A DNA stretch of 32,000 bases, taken from positions 210,001 to 242,000 of the forward strand of contig NC_006138.1 in assembly GCF_000025945.1 (NCBI RefSeq). The letters run 5' to 3'. Every line of letters begins with the position of its first letter. Positions within the stretch are counted from its first letter, which is position 1. A model generated the notes under the pieces. The model did not search any database. It saw nothing but the letters and a program-made list of their open reading frames with translations, and was not told the DNA's origin. Origin of the DNA: Desulfotalea psychrophila LSv54. Its GTDB lineage: Bacteria; Desulfobacterota; Desulfobulbia; Desulfobulbales; Desulfocapsaceae. The translations under genes and the position numbers were made by a program. This document shows positions 1 to 8,638 of this stretch, in pieces.

Positions 1-561
1 GGAACCCGGACCGAACAAAATCTACTCAAATCCTTTGCCGGTGAAAGCCAGGCAAGAAATCGCTACACCTACTTTGCCAGTATCGCTCGCAAGGAAGGCT
101 ATGTACAGATTGGTGACATCTTTGAAGAGACATCCAATCAAGAAAAAGAACATGCCAAACGTTTTTTTAAATTTCTAGAGGGTGGCAATGTAGAGATAAC
201 GGCAAGCTTCCCTGCCGGAAGACTCGGTAACACCTCCGATAACCTTCTGGCAGCAGCAGAGGGTGAATTCGAAGAGCACTCCTCCCTCTATCCCGGCTTT
301 GCCAAAATCGCCAGTGAAGAGGGCTTTGAAGAGATTGCCGCAGCCTGGTTGGCCATCTCCGTTGCTGAAAAACAACATGAGAAACGCTACCGTGACCTAT
401 TGGCCAACATCAAGAGCAGCCAGGTCTTTGAACGAGCCACGGAGCAAAGCTGGCGCTGCCGTAACTGTGGCTATATCCACCATGGAACCCAAGCCCCTGA
501 ACTCTGTGCAGCCTGCCTTCACCCCAAGGCCCACTTTGAAATACTAGGCGAAAACTGGTAG
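1..561 (+). CDS. rbr: rubrerythrin, 5'-truncated by the window edge
   Basis: Frame 1 is open from base 1 (GTRTEQNLLKSFAGESQARNRYTYFA...). It has ferritin-like di-iron helices with E..H motifs (EKEHAKRF, EFEEHSS, EKQHEKRY), then a C-terminal rubredoxin-type pair CRNCGY...CAAC. Stop at 559-561. Confidence 0.9.
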   Translation, partial: GTRTEQNLLKSFAGESQARNRYTYFASIARKEGYVQIGDIFEETSNQEKEHAKRFFKFLEGGNVEITASFPAGRLGNTSDNLLAAAEGEFEEHSSLYPGFAKIASEEGFEEIAAAWLAISVAEKQHEKRYRDLLANIKSSQVFERATEQSWRCRNCGYIHHGTQAPELCAACLHPKAHFEILGENW

Positions 562-583
562 GTTCAGCTAAACACAGCCACAA

Positions 584-611
584 GGACCGGGGAGACGAAA
601 ATCCCCGGTCC
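584..611. terminator. GC-rich hairpin between convergent rbr and the merR-like gene
   Basis: GGACCGGGGA (584-593) pairs perfectly with TCCCCGGTCC (602-611) across an 8-nt loop. It sits between two convergent stop codons. There is no clean T-tract. Confidence 0.5.
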
Positions 612-649
612 ACCCCTTTCAGACCTACCCCAGCCCGACCCTAAAAAGC

Positions 650-1444
650 CTACTCAACCATGACCTGAAGCTCGACCAAAAACTCCTGCTCATCTGCCAC
701 GGCAAAGGCCCCCAGTAACATCTTTTCAAGGCAGGGACCAATCGCCCGCAGCCCAAACTTATCCAAATACGCATAGAGCTGTAGCCAGGATGCTGGCAAC
801 TCGCCATAGGGACCCTTATGATAAAGATAGGCATAGTTCCCCCCGGGCATAGATTCTGCTGCCCTCCCAGGCCTAGGCACCTCCACCGCCACCCCCTTAA
901 ATAGCTCAACCTCATCCTTCGGCTCGACAAAGATCAACAGGTCATTTATCTCCAATTTCTGGTCGGGCAGGGAGGCGTTGATGAGCTTCTTGATGGCCAC
1001 CTCCAAGGAGTAAAGGTCAAAGGGAGGTAAAACTGGCTCAGCTACAATATGCCTCTTCGGCAAGACCTTGACCCCCATTTCAAAGGGGATCAAGGCATTA
1101 TTTGCCCTCATCGACTCTATTATTGCCTTAAGATGCCTGTCGGTCTGCCTAAGTTGTTCCATCTTCTCCTGAATAAGCTGTTCCTGCCCCTCCAGCTTCT
1201 CCATACGCTCCTCAATAGAGGAGGTGTCCAGATAGTCCTTAATCTCCTTGAGGGAGATACCCAGATTTTTCAGATAGAGAACCAGCTCCAGCTCCTCAAA
1301 TTGATCCAGGGTATAGTACCTGTAGCCGCTGAGCCTGCACTTCTCCCTTGGCTGCAAGAGGTTGATCTTATCGTAATAGAGCAGGGTCTGCTTAGAAATA
1401 CCATGCAGGCGCGCCATCTCCCCTGCCATAAATCTTATCTCCAT
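650..1444 (-). CDS. MerR-family transcriptional regulator with a C-terminal GyrI-like effector-binding domain (BmrR-like architecture)
   Basis: N-terminal MerR HTH (MAGEMARLHGISKQTLLYYDKINLLQP...SGYRYYTLDQFEELELVLYLKNLGISLKEIKDYL) followed by a coiled-coil. The C-terminal ~150 aa are GyrI-like (GNYAYLYHKGPYGELPASW). The start could instead be the Met at 1429. Confidence 0.85.
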   Translation of the reverse strand: MEIRFMAGEMARLHGISKQTLLYYDKINLLQPREKCRLSGYRYYTLDQFEELELVLYLKNLGISLKEIKDYLDTSSIEERMEKLEGQEQLIQEKMEQLRQTDRHLKAIIESMRANNALIPFEMGVKVLPKRHIVAEPVLPPFDLYSLEVAIKKLINASLPDQKLEINDLLIFVEPKDEVELFKGVAVEVPRPGRAAESMPGGNYAYLYHKGPYGELPASWLQLYAYLDKFGLRAIGPCLEKMLLGAFAVADEQEFLVELQVMVE

Positions 1445-1462
1445 TGTTCCTCCACAATTGTC

Positions 1463-1493
1463 TTGACCATATAGTTACTATATACCGTATAAG
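1463..1493 (+). promoter_or_regulatory. MerR-type promoter for the MATE gene: -35 TTGACC, 19-bp spacer, -10 TATAAG, with an operator palindrome in the spacer
   Basis: TTGACC at 1463-1468 and TATAAG at 1488-1493, separated by exactly 19 nt. The spacer contains the inverted repeat ATATAG-TTA-CTATAT (1469-1483). Over-long 19-bp spacers with a central dyad are the hallmark of MerR-activated promoters. Confidence 0.55.
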
Positions 1494-1540
1494 GGTGTCT
1501 CATCAGCAGGGCAACCTTTATCCGCATAGGGGAATTTTTA

Positions 1541-2941
1541 ATGAACAGCTTCTTCAGTCGACCATGGTCGAAATTTGATTTTATAAAATTTGTCACACCA
1601 TCAATCCTCAGTTTAGTCTCCATCTCCCTCTATATGGCGGTGGACGCTATTTTTATCTCCCGCTTCATCGGCACCCTGGCCATGGCAGCGGTGAACATCA
1701 TCATGCCGCTCTTCAGCATTTCCATAGGAATAGGGGTGATGGTAGCCACGGGAGCCAGCGCCACCATTGGCATAGAACTCGGCCAGGGGAAACGTGACAG
1801 AGCCAACGCTCACTTCTCTTTTGTATTTTGTTTTCTCTTCCTTGTTTTCATAGGCCTGATTATCTCTCAATGGGCCATTGGCCCGGAAAGACTGGCGCTC
1901 TGGCTCGGGGCGAGCAAGCTGCTACTGCCATACTGTGTCCAGTATCTCAACATCTTTCTCTTTGGAATCAGCGCCCTTGTTCTGCAGATGTTTTTCGAGT
2001 TTTTCATGAGGCTTGACGGCAAGCCCTCTTGGGCCCTCTACAGCTCCCTGCTGGGCGGAGCGACCAATATCCTGCTCGACTATATCCTGATTGTCAGATA
2101 TGGCATGGGGGTTGACGGGGCAGCTATTGCCTCCTGTGCCGGTATTTTTATCTCCTGCCTCAACGGAGCTATCTACTTCCTCTTTAAGGCCAAAACACTC
2201 AGGTTTATTCGCCCCCTCATCGACTGGCCATTCCTCTTTAGGTCAATGTTCAATGGCTTTTCAGAGATGGTAACAGAGATTGCCGCTGCCGTCCAAACCC
2301 TGGTATTCAACTATCTTATGCTAGGATATGCCGGTGAAGCAGGAGTTGCCGCCATGTCAATTCTCATGCATCTCTACTTCCTTATGTCATCCCTCTATAT
2401 AGGTCTGGGAATGGGGGTCAGCCCACTTATCAGCTTCAACTATGGCTGTAGAAATCCGGGCAAGATCAGTGAACTGCTCACAAGGGCCATCCAGCTAACC
2501 CTCTTCTTTGCCCTCTTCTCCTTTGCCATGGCCTTTTGCTTCGGTGATAACCTCATCCAAATCTTCGCCAAAGGCCAAGTCTCCGTGGTGCACATTGCCG
2601 AGGGCGGAATTAAAATAATCGCCTTCAGCTTTCTCCTCAACGGCATGAATATCCTCGCCTCGGCCTTTTTCACCTCGGTCAATAACGGCAAGATCTCAAC
2701 CCTAATCTCAAGCCTGCGTACCTTTGTTTTCATCCTGGGTTTTGCCCTACTCCTCCCGCCCCTTATAGGCGTTACCGGCATCTGGCTCTCCCTGCCCATG
2801 GCCGAACTGAGCACCCTCCTGATAAGCCTGTTTTTTATGAAGAAGTACCGACAGCACTATCTCCTTCCTGCCACGACAGGGGAGGTAAAGGAAAAAAACT
2901 CTATGCAACTGATTAAAAAGAAGGAAAAAGAAGAGGCATAA
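1541..2941 (+). CDS. MATE-family efflux transporter
   Basis: 466-aa polytopic membrane protein with about 12 hydrophobic helices. The two-lobed layout and length are typical of MatE proteins. AGGGGA RBS upstream. Divergent from the MerR/GyrI regulator. Confidence 0.75.
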   Translation: MNSFFSRPWSKFDFIKFVTPSILSLVSISLYMAVDAIFISRFIGTLAMAAVNIIMPLFSISIGIGVMVATGASATIGIELGQGKRDRANAHFSFVFCFLFLVFIGLIISQWAIGPERLALWLGASKLLLPYCVQYLNIFLFGISALVLQMFFEFFMRLDGKPSWALYSSLLGGATNILLDYILIVRYGMGVDGAAIASCAGIFISCLNGAIYFLFKAKTLRFIRPLIDWPFLFRSMFNGFSEMVTEIAAAVQTLVFNYLMLGYAGEAGVAAMSILMHLYFLMSSLYIGLGMGVSPLISFNYGCRNPGKISELLTRAIQLTLFFALFSFAMAFCFGDNLIQIFAKGQVSVVHIAEGGIKIIAFSFLLNGMNILASAFFTSVNNGKISTLISSLRTFVFILGFALLLPPLIGVTGIWLSLPMAELSTLLISLFFMKKYRQHYLLPATTGEVKEKNSMQLIKKKEKEEA

Positions 2942-2949
2942 TAAACAAA

Positions 2950-2970
2950 GGGGCAAGAAGAGACTGCCCC
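2950..2970. terminator. short hairpin between the convergent MATE and radical-SAM genes
   Basis: GGGGCA (2950-2955) pairs with TGCCCC (2965-2970) across a 9-nt loop, immediately after the MATE stop codon. Confidence 0.4.
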
Positions 2971-3004
2971 CCCTAAAGCAAGAGGGGACAGGGTTTAGCA
3001 GAGA

Positions 3005-3943
3005 TCAGTGGTGCTTAACCAGGTAAAATTCGCCCCTCTCCTTAGTGAGGGTATAAACCTTGTCCTCTTGCTGGAGACGATCAAGGGCCAGCAAGAGCTC
3101 TTCATCGGTACACTCTATTGTCTGCAGAATATCCTTTTCGGTACAGGGCCTCCTGACAATCATTTCTAAAACAGCATCGGCAAGATCACCACTCACCTTA
3201 GCCCTCTGCTTTGATCTTTTAGCAGAGGAGGGAATGGTGATATTGGTAAAGCCAAAATATGCCGCAATCGCCTCTAACTCCTCCGCAGTGGCTGCCCGGA
3301 TATTTTTTACCACTCCGGGACGGTCAAGGGTATTAAGCTGGACCGTATCGGGACCAATAAGGATACAGCTGGCCTTCAGGGCCGCAAGACTCTCCTCGTC
3401 ATCATTGACGCCGGGCAGGATAAGAATTTCCAGATCCATCTTACCGGAAAACTCCTCTTTAAAAAGCCGTATCCCCTCAATATGAGTATCCAAATCAAGG
3501 GTGGCAAGAGGCCTGTTAATCCTCCGAAAAGAGTCCCATGTCGCTGCATCAAGAGAGGGAATAACAAGGTCTGCCCCCATCAGTTCGCGACGAACAGCAG
3601 GGTTTGAGAAAAGGGTGCCATTGGTAAGAACAGCAACCTTAACATTGGGTTTCTGGGCCTTAATAAATTCAATGGTGTCACCAATACGTGAACTGAGGGT
3701 CGGCTCCCCTGAGCCGGAGAAGGTGATATAATCAGGATCGGGATTATTGGCAAAATAGTCCAGCAACTCCTCCTTTACCTTTTCATGGGAGACATACTCT
3801 TTCCTCTCCCCCGTCAGCACCGTTGTCCTGCCACTCTCACAGTATATACAGTCAAGAGAGCACACCTTATGCCTCACCAAATCTACCCCAAGTGAGGTGC
3901 CCAAACGCCGCGAGGCTATTGGCCCAAACAAATGATCATACAT
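3005..3943 (-). CDS. radical SAM protein (small COG0731-like type) with a C-terminal winged-helix-like tail
   Basis: CxxxCxxC cluster motif near the N-terminus (VCSLDCIYCESG). The glycine-rich SAM motif FSGSGEPTL is present. 312 aa. Confidence 0.85.
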   Translation of the reverse strand: MYDHLFGPIASRRLGTSLGVDLVRHKVCSLDCIYCESGRTTVLTGERKEYVSHEKVKEELLDYFANNPDPDYITFSGSGEPTLSSRIGDTIEFIKAQKPNVKVAVLTNGTLFSNPAVRRELMGADLVIPSLDAATWDSFRRINRPLATLDLDTHIEGIRLFKEEFSGKMDLEILILPGVNDDEESLAALKASCILIGPDTVQLNTLDRPGVVKNIRAATAEELEAIAAYFGFTNITIPSSAKRSKQRAKVSGDLADAVLEMIVRRPCTEKDILQTIECTDEELLLALDRLQQEDKVYTLTKERGEFYLVKHH

Positions 3944-4102
3944 CCTCTTCTCCTCTAAAAAATACTCACTTTATCCGTTTCCCAGCAAAGACAAGCAACA
4001 TCCTGCCCCCCGGGAGATCCCTCTATATTTTCTCATATAAAGGGTAACACTACAAATAACTACTTAGACAGAGGCAAAACCAGATCGGTCACGCCTCTAC
4101 CA

Positions 4103-4987
4103 TCAGATTTTTCTGGGATCATGATTCGCCGTAAAAATACCCGAGACAATCAATAACACACTACAGAGATGAACAGAGGTAATTGCCTCTCCCAAGATAA
4201 GATAGGCAGCAGTGCCACTGAATATCGGCAGGGAGTAGTATATCATGCCCGCCCTTACCGGGCCAATCACCAAAATGGCCTTATTCCACAAGGCAAAGGC
4301 AGTCAGCGAGGCAAAGACGCCCAGATAAAGAATGGCTCCCAGAGTACTGGCGCTGAAGCTTACGGGCGGGCTGGTACAATAATCCCAGATAAAAAACGGG
4401 GTGAGAAAGAACAGGCCAAGCGCAAAAGTTGAGAGCTGAAATGCCCAGATACTCAATTTTCTCGGTTTATACTTCAAGAGGATGCTATAGAGACCAAAAA
4501 ACATGGCAGCGGCAAGCATCCACAGATCACCAATGGCAAAGGAGATCCGGAGAAGTCTCGCCAGCTCCCCCCCGGTAATGAGCAGAACCACCCCCACGGC
4601 AACCAAGAGAATACCCAAAGATTTATGCAGGGTAATTTTCTCGGCAAAGAGGAGGCGGGAGAAGATAACGATAAATATGGGAGCAGTAATAGAGATCAGG
4701 GAGAGATTAATGGCCGTGGTGGTATGTCCTGCCACATAGATCATAGTATTAAAGATGGTCACCCCGACAAGAGAGGTCAGGCAGAGATAGGGCAGATGCA
4801 ACTTCAACTCCTGCCACTCCCTCAGGAGCGGACGAATACCTATGGGGAGAAGGACCAGCAAGGCCACCGCCCAACGGTAGTAGGCAAGGCTGATAGGAGA
4901 GAGCGTCTCACTGAGGCCACGGGCTATGATAAAATTACCGGACCAAATGGCCGTGGCACCAATGGCAAAGAGATAGCCCCAAAGCAT
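4103..4987 (-). CDS. DMT-superfamily (EamA-type) transporter
   Basis: About ten hydrophobic helices arranged as two EamA-like halves. I chose the Met at 4987 (MLWGYLFAIGATAIWSGNF...) because AGGAGGGAG lies directly upstream. The ORF-track start at 5080 adds a non-membrane leader with no RBS. Confidence 0.8.
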   Translation of the reverse strand: MLWGYLFAIGATAIWSGNFIIARGLSETLSPISLAYYRWAVALLVLLPIGIRPLLREWQELKLHLPYLCLTSLVGVTIFNTMIYVAGHTTTAINLSLISITAPIFIVIFSRLLFAEKITLHKSLGILLVAVGVVLLITGGELARLLRISFAIGDLWMLAAAMFFGLYSILLKYKPRKLSIWAFQLSTFALGLFFLTPFFIWDYCTSPPVSFSASTLGAILYLGVFASLTAFALWNKAILVIGPVRAGMIYYSLPIFSGTAAYLILGEAITSVHLCSVLLIVSGIFTANHDPRKI

Positions 4988-5447
4988 CTCCCTCCTACGT
5001 TCCTTCTCAATCAAGACAGCTCCCCTTATCATTAAAATCCTGAACATGGATCTCCATGATCCATGCAAGGGCAACTTCAAGAATTAGCAATTTCAATAAG
5101 AATCCAAGCATATGATTTTTAGCACAGACATTGTCAATATCAGAGTCTACCCTTACCTCCGAGGATAAAAATCGTATAGCGAAGAGACTTGAAGAAAGGG
5201 CCTTCAAGATTCCCTAAGAAGTTAGTACTCACCAATGGCTTAGCAAGTCAAGCATCTCTTTATTTTTCAAAGTAATTATAGGGCAGCACGGGCCTCACCC
5301 CACCTTGATCTGCTCGACGGAGACTACCTGCAGAGACGGTGGATAACAAAGGGGCAGGATAGAACCACAGGTTTTCGGGACCGTTGCCATGGCAGGATAT
5401 GGGCGTTGCCCATTGTCAGCTCTGAAGAGCCCCTGGCTGGCAAAAGA

Positions 5448-5876
5448 CTAAAGGCCCAGCACGTAGGACCTGTAAATATAAACCCCGGTATATATCTGCG
5501 AGAGGGCAAGGAGGACAATAAGAGTATTACATATTCCATGGAGAAGGGGAAGCACCCTGCGCCTCCTCTTACTACTATCCATATAAGCGCCGGAACCCAG
5601 GCCAAAGAGGATAAGCGGCAGTAAAGAAAGGGCGACAAAGGCATGGGCGCCGGTAATCAAAACGTCCCCCCAGCTTACCCTGACGACATAGAGCCCGCCC
5701 AACATGCCGAGAAAAAGAAGGACCAGGGCAATAGCGCCAACACGAACATGCAACTGCCAATTAAAGTGGATCTTCTTCTCCAAGTGCATCAGCAAAAAAC
5801 GGGGGATGCCAAGACTCAGGGCATAGAGGGCAGTAAGGATGGCCAGGGACTGAAGTATTGGGTGAAAAATAAACAC
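5448..5876 (-). CDS. small His-rich 4-TM membrane protein of unknown function (possibly a b-type-cytochrome-like / DUF4079-like fold)
   Basis: 142-aa ORF with a GTG start preceded by AAGGAGAG 7-9 nt upstream. It has four clear hydrophobic helices, with His residues at or near the helix ends. It lies 93 nt downstream of the P460-like gene with no hairpin between them. Confidence 0.6.
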   Translation of the reverse strand: MFIFHPILQSLAILTALYALSLGIPRFLLMHLEKKIHFNWQLHVRVGAIALVLLFLGMLGGLYVVRVSWGDVLITGAHAFVALSLLPLILFGLGSGAYMDSSKRRRRVLPLLHGICNTLIVLLALSQIYTGVYIYRSYVLGL

Positions 5877-5969
5877 GGGATGGCTCTCCTTAAACGCTCA
5901 CAGGGCTTCCGCCCCAGGACATGGATATGCTGAAAAAGCTGGCGCTATTCAACATTTGACCAGGACAGT

Positions 5970-6443
5970 CTACTGCAGTTCATGGACAAAAATATAGTCG
6001 TTGTCCGCCCGGGCAGAGTGACAATTTATACAACCCCTTACCTTCCCGAATTTAGCAGCCTTACCGCTTGGCGAATACTTTGCCCACAGCCAGTCACCAG
6101 CAACAGGATTCGCATCCTGCACCTTATACATCACCGTAATCGCCTTAAGCTTTTTATCCTTTCCATAATTCTCCTTAACCACAATAGCACCGTAGTGGCC
6201 AGGCACATGCTCCGACGTCAGGGCCTGGTCATTAACATAGACCTTATGAAATGGTCCATGGGGTGCCCGCCCCGGCTGCATTCCCTTATGATCCGGCCAA
6301 AAGGACCAATTCTTGTAAGACGACTCCTTGCTTATTTTTTTCCAAAGTCCATCGGCAGTAGCAGAGGGCATATGGGCAGAGGCAAGGCTGGCACAGAGGC
6401 TACAGGTAAAGATAACAATGAGACAGGCGATGATCTTCTTCAT
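5970..6443 (-). CDS. secreted cytochrome P460 / cytochrome c'-beta family haem protein
   Basis: Signal peptide (MKKIIACLIVIFTCSLCASLASA). A single CxxCH (CINCH) lies about 20 aa from the C-terminus and is followed by D.IF. The beta-rich body (KVYVNDQAL, GAIVVKENYG, GDWLWAKY) matches my memory of the P460 fold family. Confidence 0.7.
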   Translation of the reverse strand: MKKIIACLIVIFTCSLCASLASAHMPSATADGLWKKISKESSYKNWSFWPDHKGMQPGRAPHGPFHKVYVNDQALTSEHVPGHYGAIVVKENYGKDKKLKAITVMYKVQDANPVAGDWLWAKYSPSGKAAKFGKVRGCINCHSARADNDYIFVHELQ

Positions 6444-6601
6444 ATGATGCTCCCTGAAAATAAAAGAAAGAGGCTGATCCCTTAAAAAAGAGTGAACAGT
6501 TCATCATATGATAACAGCGACAAAAAAGTCAAAAGAGGATGGGAAGGAGATCGGTAGCAGGGCAGGCAGGAGAGTGCCGACGCACCTGATCGGCCCGCCC
6601 C

Positions 6602-7693
6602 TTAAAACCCCTCGGCTATCTTAAGAGAAAAGCCCCCCACCTTTTTAGCCTCATACATGGCCTTATCAGCCTCCTTCACCAGTGTATCAGCATCATGGCT
6701 ATTGGCCGTGTCAGAGATGGCTATGCCCATACTGCAGGAGACGCCGGTTCCGACAAGAGATTTTTCTAATTCCTTGCAGAGCCGCTGACAGACCTTCTCT
6801 GCCTCCTTGAGGGTACTTTCCGGCAGAATGATGCAAAATTCATCGCCACCATAACGAGCGCAGAGCTCATTATCCCGAAGAGACGCCTTCATAGAATTGG
6901 CCACCATCACCAGCACCTCATCTCCGCGCCTATGCCCTTCGCTATCATTAAGCGCCTTAAACTTATCCAGATCAAAATAGATGAGGACCGTACAGTAACC
7001 TCGGCGCTGAGCACGTGCCAGTTCACGCCTCAGTTCAGAATAAAAGGCGTGTTGATTCAACAACTTAGTCAGGCCATCATGTCGAGCCTGCTCCTTTAGA
7101 AGCTTTGTTCGCTCTGAAATAACCTCTTCAAGGGATTCAGCATACTCCTCCAATTCCCTCTTACTTCTCTTGGTTTCCTCCATGAGACTATTGATATAGG
7201 TATCAAAGGTAAGGGAGAGATCAAACATTATAATTTTCTCTACGGCTCTTAAGTTACGCACACATGCCTGACAATCATTACTGCTGTTTTTAGTGATAAT
7301 TTCACGCAGTATTGTCAACAGAGTATGGATGGCTGAAATATAAAATTTGGGTTCCACCCCTATTCTCTTATGCACCACCCCAACCCGTAGTCGGGAGTGA
7401 ACGTACTCCTCATCATACTGACCTGCAAAGAGGGTCTTAATATAGGAACGTTGATAATTTTTCAGGCGACGAAGGGTTTCTGCGTCACCGATAACACCAT
7501 CCATCTCATCAAAGGGAATAACTCTTTCATAAAAGGCTTCCACTATTTCTTCAATATTTTCAGAGACAACTTCTTTTAACGAGACTAATACCTGCACATC
7601 TTCATCTGTAAAAAAAAGATACTCTTTGCGCCGTTCAATTTCACGACTGGTAACCTTAAGCTGTTCAATAAGGGTATAGTTGGTAGCTTTCAT
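6602..7693 (-). CDS. globin-coupled sensor diguanylate cyclase (sensor globin + GGDEF)
   Basis: The N-terminal ~160 aa resemble sensor globin/protoglobin, including the proximal-His motif VGVVHKRIGVEPKFYISA. A coiled-coil linker follows. The C-terminal GGDEF domain carries an intact RYGGDEF. Confidence 0.85.
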   Translation of the reverse strand: MKATNYTLIEQLKVTSREIERRKEYLFFTDEDVQVLVSLKEVVSENIEEIVEAFYERVIPFDEMDGVIGDAETLRRLKNYQRSYIKTLFAGQYDEEYVHSRLRVGVVHKRIGVEPKFYISAIHTLLTILREIITKNSSNDCQACVRNLRAVEKIIMFDLSLTFDTYINSLMEETKRSKRELEEYAESLEEVISERTKLLKEQARHDGLTKLLNQHAFYSELRRELARAQRRGYCTVLIYFDLDKFKALNDSEGHRRGDEVLVMVANSMKASLRDNELCARYGGDEFCIILPESTLKEAEKVCQRLCKELEKSLVGTGVSCSMGIAISDTANSHDADTLVKEADKAMYEAKKVGGFSLKIAEGF

Positions 7694-8638
7694 TTATCTC
7701 TCCCTGGGTTTTTATTGATAGCGCAGGCACTGCCCCCTCAACCGGAGCCAACCCGGCGTGCCATGCCACAGCCACTGCATGAAGCAAGAATCTATCAAAC
7801 TATATCAAGCATCTCTATGACATACAATTAATCTCTCCTGCGCGACACTGGCTGTCTTGGCGGAATGAGTCAACTGACGCCCCACAAAGTGGCCAACGGT
7901 GCCACGCCCCAAATGCTCTACACCCGCCTCCAACCCCACCAAGCGCCAATCACCCTCAGCCATGACAGATGGCAAGTACCGCCTACAAAAGGGCGTTACA
8001 GCTACAGGCTCAACCGCCACAGACAGTGCCATCTATTTCAGCAAACTCTTGGGCCAAAACACTGCTAGACAAAACAGAAGGGCTTCTATTCCTGACCTGA
8101 GTCCTTAATTTTCGAATCCTTTCTGCGTAGGTATTCAAGATCTTGGCAAGGTTGGTGCCAAATTTTAATGTTTTTCAACTCAGGAAATATTTCAATCCAG
8201 TCAGAGCTCATTTACGGGTCGCCTTAGTGGACAAATAATCTTGAGTGCCTGCGGGGGTGAGAGTGTGCAGAGATGGAAAAGCTCATTGATTTGATGTGTT
8301 TTTTTATGATACAAACCATAGTGGGTGCTCGTCGAAAGTTGAGTCAGCGGAGGTGGTATTCCCGGCAAAAACATTCTCTGAGTCAGCTTGCATTGCCAAA
8401 GACAAGCTAACTACTTGATTGAGCTTTTCGATAAAGGCAGAGACCAAGGTACTCTCGTCTTGATTGAAGCCATAACGCTTACAAAATCTGGATAATAACG
8501 CAGCCATTCTAAATAAGAACAGGGGTGTTCACAGGGCAGACCTTTCTGCACAATAAAGGCTGTAAATTAATCGGTGAGGTTAGAAGAAATCCGGATAATA
8601 ATTTGTTGATTTTCTCACCAAAAACCGCGGGGGATTAG

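Noticed and set aside
5045-5065. The CATGGATC-N5-GATCCATG hairpin or palindrome upstream of the EamA gene, and the small ATGGGC-AAC-GCCCAT hairpin near 5405
   Set aside because: Both are short, isolated and lack supporting context such as an adjacent regulator, a repeated copy or a T-tract. They are noted only as possible operator or terminator fragments.
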